A stretch of 63,585 nt of DNA, the filler included. It is 3 parts of 3 records of this genome, joined end to end, with 100 filler letters (N's around TTAATTAATTAA, not from the genome) between each part and the next. Parts side by side here need not be neighbours in the genome. Positions count along the whole stretch, not along the records: positions 1 to 21,375 come from SRR20825019_1452; positions 21,476 to 49,552 come from SRR20825019_1460; 1 more part is not named here. One strand, 5' to 3'. Position numbers and translations under genes: made by a program. Every line of letters starts with the position of its first letter. Position 1 is the first letter of the stretch. Shown here one piece after another: positions 11,510 through 21,552 of this stretch. The notes under the pieces were generated by a model that was given only the letters and a program-made list of their open reading frames with translations, ran no database searches and was not told where the DNA came from.

Positions 11510-12886
11510 TTAGAGCATTGCGCTTGGCTGAGGATCACATTTTTTTGACGAGTCGCCGCCATCCCATCCGAGGATACACGCCCCAAAGGTCTCCTCTGGC
11601 ACCTTTCGGTTGCCAAAGTATGACCCAGTGGTGCAATATGATGAATAGTGCCAATAAGTGTGAGAAATCCCGACCTCTTCGGCTGCTCTCCATGAGTCGC
11701 AAGAAGCGAACTCGGTTAAGAAAGTGGGCATGTTCCACTGCTTGGACACGGCCAGGGCGTTCTTTGCGGCTACCTTGGGATCCTTGGGGTCAGCGTAGTG
11801 ATGCCATGCGAAGTACAGGTTGTTAGACTTGATCATCCACTGCATCGTCTCGTGGTCAATCAACACGCCGGCCCCGATAATCTTGCTCACCCAGGATGGG
11901 ACAATGGCAGCCTGCCCAATGTCAGAAACACTCACAGACAAGTCAGGGATTATGGAAATGGCAGCTTCTGCCACAGCTCTCCAAGCCTTGTAAGAATTAC
12001 GTCTATCCAGCGACATTGGCTCGTTCATCAACTCCAGCGCGAAAGCACTTGGGTGGCGCTTGATCTCTTGAGTGAGTAGTGTCCAATACTTTACGAAGTA
12101 ATCTCTCCCCGGGCCTTCCTGAAGGATATAAGCCATTGTCTTCTGAGCGATAGTGGTGAATCCAAGCGCCCCGGGATTCGGGCTATTCATCGCAATGCAG
12201 CATTCGTTCAGGATATTGTAGTTGGGGTCACCAGCATACTTAGCCCATTTCGACTCGTCGTTTCCACACTGCTCATAACCCTCCAGAGCAGAAATACGCA
12301 ACATTGGCACTAAACTATATGGGAATCCTGTCTTAAGAGGCTTGCCAATCAGCTCCGGTGCTGCCTTCTTCTGAATCCACATTGGTGCTCCATTACCGCA
12401 CCCAGCAGAACCAACCATGTCGCCATGGTTATCTAAGATGACGTGGATACCAGTCCTGTCGCAGAGGTCTAGGATGGCATGCAAGCGCTTCAAAAAGTCC
12501 GCGTCAAGCTGATCGCCTTCTACAGGCTGCGCTCCAGCCCACACAACTCCGAGACGAATGGTGTTCCATCCCATCTGCTTGATGTGGTTGACATCTGCTT
12601 CGTTGAAGGTGGTGCAGGAGGTGCAAGTGCCGGTCTGACGGCACTCTTCGTTCACAACGTCGTTGCAGTATGAATCCCCACTCACTTCAGGTAAGTAGGG
12701 CGGGCCCTTCACAACAACGTTAGGCCCAACCATGACAATTGGTTCTCCATTTTCAGAAAGTACAAAATCACGACCCTGCACACGGACGCGACGTGGCTGT
12801 GGGTCACTAGAGTCCTCGAGACCAAGTCCGCACAACGCGGTTGATACAAGAACACTAAGCAGCACAAAACACAAGTATTCTCTCAT
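11510..12886 (-). CDS. Secreted glycoside hydrolase family 5, endoglycoceramidase-like; intronless
   Basis: Signal peptide MREYLCFVLLSVLVSTALC; motifs GPNVVVKGPPY, GWNTIRLGVVWAGAQP, LDNHGD, ELMNEP (acid/base) and FLTEF (nucleophile). Confidence 0.88.
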   Translation of the reverse strand: MREYLCFVLLSVLVSTALCGLGLEDSSDPQPRRVRVQGRDFVLSENGEPIVMVGPNVVVKGPPYLPEVSGDSYCNDVVNEECRQTGTCTSCTTFNEADVNHIKQMGWNTIRLGVVWAGAQPVEGDQLDADFLKRLHAILDLCDRTGIHVILDNHGDMVGSAGCGNGAPMWIQKKAAPELIGKPLKTGFPYSLVPMLRISALEGYEQCGNDESKWAKYAGDPNYNILNECCIAMNSPNPGALGFTTIAQKTMAYILQEGPGRDYFVKYWTLLTQEIKRHPSAFALELMNEPMSLDRRNSYKAWRAVAEAAISIIPDLSVSVSDIGQAAIVPSWVSKIIGAGVLIDHETMQWMIKSNNLYFAWHHYADPKDPKVAAKNALAVSKQWNMPTFLTEFASCDSWRAAEEVGISHTYWHYSSYCTTGSYFGNRKVPEETFGACILGWDGGDSSKKCDPQPSAML

Positions 12887-13099
12887 GGCCAGACACCCAA
12901 GCCTAGTTTTGTATGAAAGAGTTCTCCAGCGGAAGATATATATACAAATACTATGAGAGTCTGCTTGGTGCCTTTACCACCCTCATCACGCCTTGCTGGA
13001 GCAGGAGAAAGCAGGTTCCCTGGTCCGGGTCATCACCCAAGCGCAGCTGTTCGCGTGCCGCCGAAGGAGTGCCACTAGTAGAGAGTAAGATCTGCCAAA

Positions 13100-13570
13100 C
13101 CTGAAGGCTGGGAGGAGGCCCGCCCGGCCGGAGTGACGCCGGTTCGTCGGCACTGTGGCGCCGCCGGTCCCTTGAAGCGCGGCTCCCCGCGGGTCCGGGG
13201 AGTAGCGCGGGGAGGCCGGCGCCGTGTCATGCAAGTATCGCCTCGTTGCCGAACAATCGGATGCTTGTGGCCGCGATACCGCAGCCACGGGTGAGTTTGG
13301 CCCGGCGCCGCGCCGGCCGGGCCCCGGCCTGACGGACGCCCGCCGGCGGTGATCACCCCGGCCGATCCGATCGGGGGTCGGGGGCGCGCGGCCCGGCCGC
13401 GGTGATGCCTGAGGGCCTGGGGTCCGCCGCGGGGCGCCGCGCGCTCCGGCGGCGGCCCCGGGGCGCCGCGGTCCGGCGGCGGCGTGGCGCCGGCGGAGGC
13501 GGCTCAGTGTCGGCTGCCAGTGCGGCCAGTCCGGATTGCCTTGGAACGACGCCGGCGCGGCTGTCGTGTA
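13100..13570 (-). promoter_or_regulatory. GC-rich island 5, putative promoter of the GH5 gene
   Basis: 13441-13500 has 56/60 G+C; first of two islands in a divergent intergenic region. Confidence 0.55.
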
Positions 13571-13649
13571 GTCACCGCTGTGTAATTAATATTACATAGT
13601 GCAAATGAAAGCTCCGATAGCAATGACTCCTACAGGTTTTAAACTGTGA

Positions 13650-13860
13650 TGAACGGCGCCGCGCACGCTACCATCGGAAGGCCCCGGGCTTGGCGGAGTG
13701 CCGCCCGCGGGCGGCTCGCGGTCCCGGCGCGGCGCGGGGCCGGCGCGGCCCCCCACGCCGGTCGGCCGCGGCCGTCCAGTCCTCCCGGCCGCCGGCAGGC
13801 TCACCGGCTCCCACGGCCCGCACTGGCGGCGGTTGCGGCTGACCGGGTAGCTGATTCCCA
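13650..13860 (+). promoter_or_regulatory. GC-rich island 6, putative promoter of the SP-RING gene
   Basis: Separated from island 5 by an AT-rich spacer at about 13580-13650. Confidence 0.55.
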
Positions 13861-13967
13861 ATTGAGAGGGCCTCCGCCTAACTTGTTGAGTCCACACCTC
13901 CTCCCACACCCAGGTTTAACACCCTAGGTAATTGATTGAATCTTATGCTTGGGAATACTCTTAGTGT

Positions 13968-15642
13968 ATGGATGCCCCTTCGGTTCAGTGGCAGTGTTGC
14001 CCTCATAGGTATGTAGAAGTAATGTATTGACACTCAGTATCCAACCAAAAACTATTATAGACTGCCCCCTCGTAACAGCGCCGGGTTGTCATCTAGTTTA
14101 ATTTTATGGTAGGATACGGTCCGGCACCTCTTCGTCTCAAGCAATATTGCTGACTTGGTGCGCAAACTAGCCCCGAGTGCAAGTACAAATGGAAGTGCGG
14201 AGAGCATGTTGAACTCAGAGAGCACGCCTTGAGGCATTCAGGACTGCAAGAACGTGAAGTTGCGCGGATTCCCAAGCTGGAATATCGGGATGCCGTGGCC
14301 CGAGTTCTTCACACTTCCAAGAATCAAGATTCCGGAGCGGTGGCGGTTGTAACTCACTCCAGGGTGTCTCTATTATGCATGCTCATGATGTCGCCCCTTG
14401 TGTATCCGGCAAGATCAAAGGAGTGCAACCATACTGAATGCTTTGAGTTGGAAGTTTTCTTAAAGGAGAAGTGGCGGCAGCCAAGGTGGGTGGACATTGT
14501 TGTTGATCAATACAAATTCAGAACTGAGCCCAAATGAAGAAAGGAATGGGTTTGCCCACTATGCCACCTGCCAGCACCACTGGATCAGTTGGTGGTGTGC
14601 GGTTTCGTAGAGCATCTATGCTCGCAGGTTAAAGACCGAGACGAGGACGTGTCTGTGCTTGTAAATATACATGGGGATATGGTAGATGAAGAGGGTAACA
14701 TTGTGAATGTACTTGGCTACGATACAAGACCTGATTCACTCCCAGGGAAGGTAATCGAAGGCGGGGGGGCTTCGATCACTACATCATCCCAGCCCATACT
14801 TGTTTTTGAGGAAACCAGGAACGGCATGGCGGTCCCGTACATCTCACTTGCTAGTACTAAGAATGACGAAGGACCACTGGTTGCGGATTCTGTTGGTGGA
14901 ATCATGACATCTGAGTCTCAGAGCCCTGTGGTTGCGGGGGAGAAGAGGCTCCCTGAGGACGCACCTGGGAAACGTCCGGAGAAAAGGAGCCGCGTCGTGA
15001 GCAGCAGCTTTGAGTGCCCTGAATGCGCACGGAAGTATTCGTACCACAAGGCCTTGTTGTCTCATTTCGCTGCACACCCGAACAAAGATTATCTCCTCTC
15101 GCTCCCTGTGGCAAGTTTGGCGGAATCAGCTCCGACGGAACCATTGCGCCCGCGGGGACGACCCAAGAAGGTAGTCGAAGTATCAAGTGATAGTGATGAA
15201 GGTATGGCGCTCAGAATTGATGGCAGTGTAGCGTACCCTACTGATATTTCCCGAACATTAGAAGATGGAGAAGACTGGGGGAGCGACGATGGTGCATCGA
15301 GTAGTAGCGATAGGGACGGAGGTGCAGATGGCAAGAGGCAAGGAAGCGGCTCCGACGATGCGGCAGCATATGGTGAAAACACCACGGATGGACCCGGTGC
15401 GGCCGGCCAAAGCGCATGTTTGTTCGAGGTCCAACCGAAGAAGTATGAATGTCTGTTTGAGGGTTGTGGTAAGGAGTACATTGATTGGAGCCTGCTACGA
15501 CGACACTTCCAGGTATTGGTTTCATAGACTCTACCCTGCGAATCTGCACACTAACGAGTTGCATGCCTAGATAGTACATGGTGATCAGTACAACTGGATG
15601 AACTTCTGCGGCGGTCTTGCGGGCCAGGTACCGCCGAGTTAA
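13968..15642 (+). CDS. SP-RING (zf-MIZ) SUMO-ligase-like protein with three C2H2 zinc fingers and an AT-hook; 5 exons
   Basis: Introns 14009-14060, 14109-14170, 14486-14539, 15513-15570. SP-RING VSLLC..YPARSKECNHTECFE..WVCPLC..LDQLVVCGF; C2H2 fingers CPEC..HALRH, FECPEC..HFAAH, YECLFEGC..HFQIVH; AT-hook PRGRPKK. First and last exon limits are less certain. Confidence 0.8.
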
Positions 15643-15859
15643 CGGTCCTGTTATGTCGAAAGAGAAACGAAAGAAATCATTTGACGTGACTACTCACCGT
15701 CCCTCCTTTATTTGGGACTATGAGGATTCAGTCACACTATGCTATCTAGGTGTCTTGATACCTCAGTCAGGGGATCCTCATCAGAGCCGGCCTCCGCAAC
15801 CCGACTGCTTGGGAAGCCGCCGTGTGCCCGGAGTCTCATCGTTCAAACCGTCAATGAGT

Positions 15860-16400
15860 GACGGGGCGGGCTGATCCCGTGACAGTCCCGGCGCAACCGC
15901 TTTGGCGCGTGCCGGGCGGCGTGCGGGCAGCGGCCGCCTCACAGCTTCGGGCGGACGACCCCGGTTGACTTGCCTGATTCATGACGGATTGAGTTCGATT
16001 GATCGCCCTCGACACCGTCGATCGGCCCGGCTCGGACCGGAACCTGTCTGGCCCCACCGAACGTTCCGGGCCCACCGCCGCTGCCGCGGGCGATGAGACG
16101 AGGCCGCTGACGGCCGCCGGGGAACGCCGGCCACCCGCTCACACAGCGCGTGTCTCCGAGCTCCCCGGGCGGCGCGGACCGAAAAGGAGCTCAGTCACTC
16201 CATTCCGGAGGCTGCAGGGAGTTCTGGCAAAAACGAGGATCCTGATTGCGGTGCGGGTCGGGCGGTTCACCCCGAGACTGGTTCAGCATTGTTTCGTCTG
16301 AGTAGAACCAGTCGGTAAGCCTCCGTGAGGCCGGCCGGGTGACCGGCCCGGTCTAGCCCATCAGTGGGTTGGTCGTCTGAGCCGTTCCCGTGGGACCGTT
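15860..16400 (+). promoter_or_regulatory. GC-rich island 7, putative promoter of the RCC1 gene
   Basis: GC-rich and dense in TGA/TCA words (e.g. TTGACTTGCCTGATTCATGACGGATTGAGTTCGATTGATC). Confidence 0.55.
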
Positions 16401-16508
16401 CGAGTCACTGGCGAAGGGCTGTCACCGGTTAGTTGGACGCAGTGACACCAATCATCCCCTATCACAACTATAAATAAAGTATGTGCAGAAGGTACGACCG
16501 TTCTGTTC

Positions 16509-19500
16509 ATGCAGGAGAGTAGGCCCAAAGAGCTTGGCTCGGTCAGCCGGCCGGCCAGCTCCGCGGCTCTAGACGACAATGAACAGCGCAAGCAGGCACT
16601 GCTTGTGTATGCTCGCCAGCAGACGGCTTCACCGCGGGCATTGGGTTCCAAGGGGTCTAGAAAGGTAAGTGGCTTTTGAGTGCAGTCTGACCTCTCGACG
16701 AACTCATGCTCCCTAATCAAGTATCAGTTCAAAAACTCGACAACACCTCGCGATGGTGACTACGACAAGCGTGGTTCTACCCGTGGCGTGCGAGTTGTGT
16801 CCAGTACGCCAACCCTTCGTGGCCCCACACCAAGTCCCTCGAGTCATAAGGCCAGTGAAGGGGGTCATGCCCCTCTTGTGAGCGAAGAAGTGCCCAATGA
16901 AGATCGCAAGTTAAACCATTCTACACTGCCTGAAGAGTCCGCCGTGAATCTAGACGGGCCGATGAACGCATCTGACATTCTTGTTGGGTTCGGGTTCAAT
17001 CAGTACAGCCAGCTCGGTGACGGTGGCCATTCCGACTGCGCTGAACCAATGCCGCTGCTCCGGCGTTTGAGAGATACGTACGCTGATGATCCTATAGCTA
17101 TTAGTCGTGTGGTGGCGTCACACTTCCACACCCTCCTCATCTCAACTACAGGTCAGTAGTGTTGTGTAGTTGGCTTCGACAGTCTGTGTGATGGGCGAAC
17201 CATCGCCGTGCCTTGTAACTGACATCCAACGAAGGTGATGTGTGGAGCTGGGGGCGTAACTCTTCCGGCGAATGCGGCATAGATGTTCAGGCGGCCCCAC
17301 TAGTGACCACGCCAGAGCGGATCACTGCCCTAGCGGGTATGAGAGTCGTAACGGGAGCATGCGGGGCTTCTCACTCCGTAGTGGTCACGGATCGCGGTAA
17401 ATGCTTTGCTTTTGGTGATAACAGACGCGGCCAACTTGGAGCGGAGGGGACAGATGCGAGTTCGCCTGATATTATTCAAGCAGCAGTGCCTACTCTTGTG
17501 GATAGGCTACAAGAGGTTATTGTCACGTCAGTGGCATGTGGATTTTCCCACACGATGTTTCTCACGAAAGCTGCGGAGTTGTATGCATGCGGTGACAATG
17601 AGGTGGGGCAGCTGGGTCTGGGAGAGGTGTCCGCGCCCGTCCGGCAGCCACGGCTTGTGGAGAGACTGCGCTATGCCGCAGTGGAGGCAGTGGTTTGCGG
17701 TGATTATCACACGGTGTGCCTCACGGAGGGCGCCAAGCTCTGGACATGGGGAGAGGGGAAGTACGGGCGCCTTGGTAATGGTAGTGAAGAGACTCAGGCT
17801 AGCCCCTGGCCTCATGAGTCACCCGCGAAGTTCTTGCTCTTTGATCCCGGACCCATTGTTGGAATAGCGGCCGGCGGTGCGGTTACGGCACTTGTCTATG
17901 AGAACGCACTGGTGACGTGTGGCCAGGGGTATCATGGACAGCTGGGCCATGGGGCGAATAGTGACAGCAACGTCTTCCTGCCAGTCCGCCTCCCAAGTGA
18001 CGTGCGTGTGCGCGAGGTGGCTGTTGGCGAGGATCACATGATCTGCATTGTGAATAAGATACAAGACACAACGTCGAGTGATTCTCCTGAAAAAGATGAC
18101 GAGGCAGCGGGCCCGCGGCGGAATCGAAGGCGAAAAGTGAAGAAGAACGACGAGCTGCAAGTGTTTGCCTGGGGCCGCACAGTCTCTGGTAGGCTTGGCC
18201 TGGGTTTGGTTGATTGTGTAGACGCGGCTCAGCGGACTCCTGCCCCAATAGTCTCACTGCAGAACCTGAATCTGAATGCTGTGGCAACCAGGGGTGCAAC
18301 GTCTTTTGTTTATCTCCGTGAGAATACCGGAGTTAAAGGAGGCATAATGGTGGAACAGCGTCCTGTTGACCCTTCCCGGTGCGTGCTGGAAGGCGATGGG
18401 CTCAAAGGTAGTATTGCTGGGGTAGAGGGGAGATTTTTGGTGCAGTTGCGGGACAAGGACGGGATGAATTGCCGGGCACCCGATGCAGATGACGTTATGG
18501 ATGTGAATGTAGAAATTTATGGGCCGGGGCCATGCCGGGCTATTGTGACCAAGGGCTTTAACGGGATGTATGATGTATCTTATACGGGCACAGTAGCCGG
18601 CGAATACATGCTGGAGGCCAAGTATGGCGACCATACTTTGGGCAGCGGCAATATCATGTTCACAGTAGGAGCGGCATTGCCATCTGCGGCTAATAGCGCG
18701 GTGGAAGGACCGCGAGTAGACGGTACCAAAGCAGTGGTAGGGAAGAAGGTGGCATTCATCGTTAATACGCGGGACCGCTTCGGTAATATTCGCAAGAGGG
18801 GTGGTGGGAAGATTCAGTTATCGTACCAGGCGGTGGATGGTGGTAGCACGAGGCGTGGCAATGTCACAGACAAAAAGAATGGATCGTACGAATGCGCGTT
18901 CACCCCGAAGCAGCCGGGAGCATACGTAGTTTCTATTGACATGAAGGATGGAAGCATTCCAGGTACACCGATTCGAGTGATCGTGGAGGATCGTCCACTG
19001 GCAGACCGTCCTCCAGTGCACCTGTCTGCATCAATGATGGTGGCATCCTTAGTAGGGGCTCCAGGACGAAAGTGCATCGTGCAGGATAAATCTGAGACCA
19101 TCCGAGTAGCACTTGCGGACCCTTCCGGAGGCTCTGGCTTTTTGGATCGCGTTGAGCTGACCAAGTTTTCTATTTCGATTCTCTCGATTCAATTGAACGG
19201 TGCATCTGGGGAGCTTGAGGGATTTGAAATGCTGGCCCCGATCAAGAATATCGAGGACTCAAGTGTTGAGATACCGGTTGTTATCGGCACTACTGGGTAT
19301 GTGGAGCTATCTGTCTCGTACAATGGAGGAGTGGTGCCCCATGCACAGGGTGGCGGACTGCAGGTGTATGTAATGTGCCGCCTCGTTCACAAGTACTGGA
19401 GAAAGGGAGACTTGGGCATTGATGAGAGGCTCTACGACGGTTTTTACGACGTTTTCACTAACGACTTAAGGCCCTTAGAAGAATATGGAAGCAGTCACTT

Positions 19501-20257
19501 GGTGGATAGCGGGCGCTCTGTCGTCCAGTTGGATGGTGTCGGACTCCAGCGTGCCAAGTCTGTAGCCGATTGTGATGCCTTTCTCACTAGCAAGAAAGAG
19601 GATGTGTATGATGTTGCTGTGCGGCCTTCGTCCGCTCATGGAGGCCCCGACTCTGCAAGGACCGCGCATCTAATACGGCGCCCGTCAACTGGCATGGCCA
19701 GCGCACTAGGAGGTGATGCAGCTCTAGATGAGAATGACTCGGCGTTCTGGTGCCCTCCCATGATCATTGCCCAAGGGAGTTTGGGGTTCTTGAACGATGT
19801 TGTTGTGCTTAATGCTGAGATACAGCCGGGGCTCAGAGCCATGGTGAACCAGCTTCGCTCAACGTGTGCCATGATTCCCGATGAAGAAACTCGTGTGCGA
19901 GTGTGCGGGCTTGCAGTCTCGAATGCCTTGGGGGGACAAGCGGCAGGGAACGAGGCGCACCGCAACGATATCGAGATGTTTGCAATGGACGAATCCAAGG
20001 CAATCAGGAACAAGAACGGTAGCGTTATCATGCCGCTGGGAGAAGTGCGATGGGGCACAATGCGTCATCGTGCACTCTTATTCAAGTACCTTTGCGATGT
20101 TTTGGAGTTGTGCAGCTGTTCTCTGAAGAGGCGACGGTGGTCTGATGGCATGAACGCTCACGTCATGGTGTGGAACGAAGTTAACATGAAGGATGGGCTC
20201 ACGTATGGTATCAACTTGTACGGCGGCATTAGCGGGATGCTCCATAGACTTAATTAA
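16509..20257 (+). CDS. RCC1-repeat beta-propeller + filamin Ig repeats + C-terminal EDR1/CTR1/ARMC3 peptidase-like domain; 3 exons
   Basis: Introns 16665-16727 and 17152-17234. RCC1 repeats (VACGFSHTMFL..LYACGDNEVGQLG; WTWGEGKYGRLG); filamin (FIVNTRDRFGN..GSYECAFTPKQPGAYVVSI..IPGTPIRV); EDR1 motifs YW..LYDGFYDV and PLGEVRWGTMRHRALLFKYLCD..WNEV. Confidence 0.85.
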
Positions 20258-20364
20258 ACTCTCGAACTCGTCCGCCCCGCACACCAGTAAGGCATTGTCC
20301 ACACCTAGTTGATTGAGGTCTATTTGAGGATTTATTACTAGCTATTACGGGAAAATTGAAGAAA

Positions 20365-21254
20365 TTACAAGCAGGCACAGCCAGTGTCAGACTTGTTGAG
20401 GAACTGGACGATTTCCTCATGCTTGCCGGCCTCGGCGTGATCCTGGGCGGACTTCTTCTCCTTGTCGGTGAGCTCAATGTTGGCGTGACCCTCCTTGACG
20501 AGGATCTGGACGATGTCGAGCCTGCCCAACTGGCACGCAACCATGAGGGCGGTGGATCCCTCCTTGTTCTGGCTGTCGGCGCTAGCGTTGTGCTCAATGA
20601 GGTACTTGACGATGGAAGGAACATCATGGACGGCCTCGATAAGAGGAGTGGTTCTACAAGAAAAGAGTTAGTAACAGAAAAAAAAAAACTCGCGACAGAA
20701 AACACATACCCGCTCTTTGAGGCAAGGTTGACGTCGGCATGGCCACGGCAAAGGGCCTTCACGGTCTCCTCAATATCCTTGGGGGCCTGCTCCTTCTTGT
20801 CATCCTGGTTGATGGCCTTAAGGAGAGCAGACTGGCCACCTTCGTTGACGGCGTCAACCTTGGCCTTCTTCTCCAAAAGGAACTTGACAACCTTGAACTT
20901 GGACATGTTGGCGGCGTAGTGAAGGGGGGTGTCACCGGAGGTATCCTTGGCGTTAACGTCAGCCTCGTACTTCTTGATGAGGTGCTCGCAGGCCTCAACA
21001 GCACCCTCGGAAGCGGCCACGTGAAGAAGGGTCTGGCCATAAATACCGGCAGACTTCACGGTGAAGTCCTTGTTCTGCTCGAAGATGTCATCAAGAGCCT
21101 TCTTGTCGAGCTTCTCCTTAAGGGCCTGATCGATGAAAGCCTGAGCAGCCTTGTTGGCGGGGTTGTTCAAGGCACGGGCCTGGGGGGTATCGTCGAGCTC
21201 CTTGATGGTGGTGTTCTCGTTGGCGGGGATGGCGGAGGAGTTGCTGCAGCCCAT
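20365..21254 (-). CDS. Ankyrin-repeat protein with N-terminal MGC acylation motif and C-terminal CaaX (CACL); 2 exons
   Basis: Intron 20654-20709 (GTATGT..TACTAAC..TAG) restores ankyrin repeats GQTLLHVAA, GDTPLHYAA, GQSALLKAI, GTTPLIEAV, GSTALMVAC; ends ..KSDTGCACL-TAA. Confidence 0.9.
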
Positions 21255-21356
21255 TGTATTATTTAGGATAGATCTTCCTTAATATGCAACTCTTACATAT
21301 ATGCTTCCCAAATTGAAATTAAGAGACACCCAGTGGTGCCAACAACTGAAGGGAGC

Positions 21357-21375
21357 GGGGGGGGGGGGGGGGGGG
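21357..21375. repeat. poly-G homopolymer (19 nt) at right end of eukaryotic contig
   Basis: Directly visible, abuts the N gap. Confidence 0.95.
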
Positions 21376-21475
21376 NNNNNNNNNNNNNNNNNNNNNNNNN
21401 NNNNNNNNNNNNNNNNNNNTTAATTAATTAANNNNNNNNNNNNNNNNNNNNNNNNNNNNNNNNNNNNNNNNNNNN
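21376..21475. other. Artificial contig linker (N-run, TTAATTAATTAA, N-run)
   Basis: Six-frame-stop linker at 21420-21431; eukaryotic sequence on the left, bacterial on the right. Confidence 0.98.
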
Positions 21476-21552
21476 CTGTGAAAATCAGCGAAATCTGCGG
21501 ATAGCTATTTTTACTCACTCACGTTTTCTGTGCCTTATGTGCTTAAACAGGC

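Noticed and set aside
474..16301. Many Pro/Gly/Arg/Ala-rich ORFs over the GC islands (e.g. 478-783, 7701-8031, 10788-11445, 13075-13927, 15851-16301)
   Set aside because: Stops are rare at this GC content; the ORFs overlap in several frames and show no domains
20250..20709. 334-aa unspliced ankyrin ORF overlapping the RCC1 gene end, and long antisense ORFs 20356-20919 and 20739-21266
   Set aside because: Read-through of a clear intron into the wrong frame; the antisense ORFs are shadows of codon bias
21420..21431. TTAATTAATTAA palindrome (also at 49597-49608)
   Set aside because: Synthetic six-frame-stop linker
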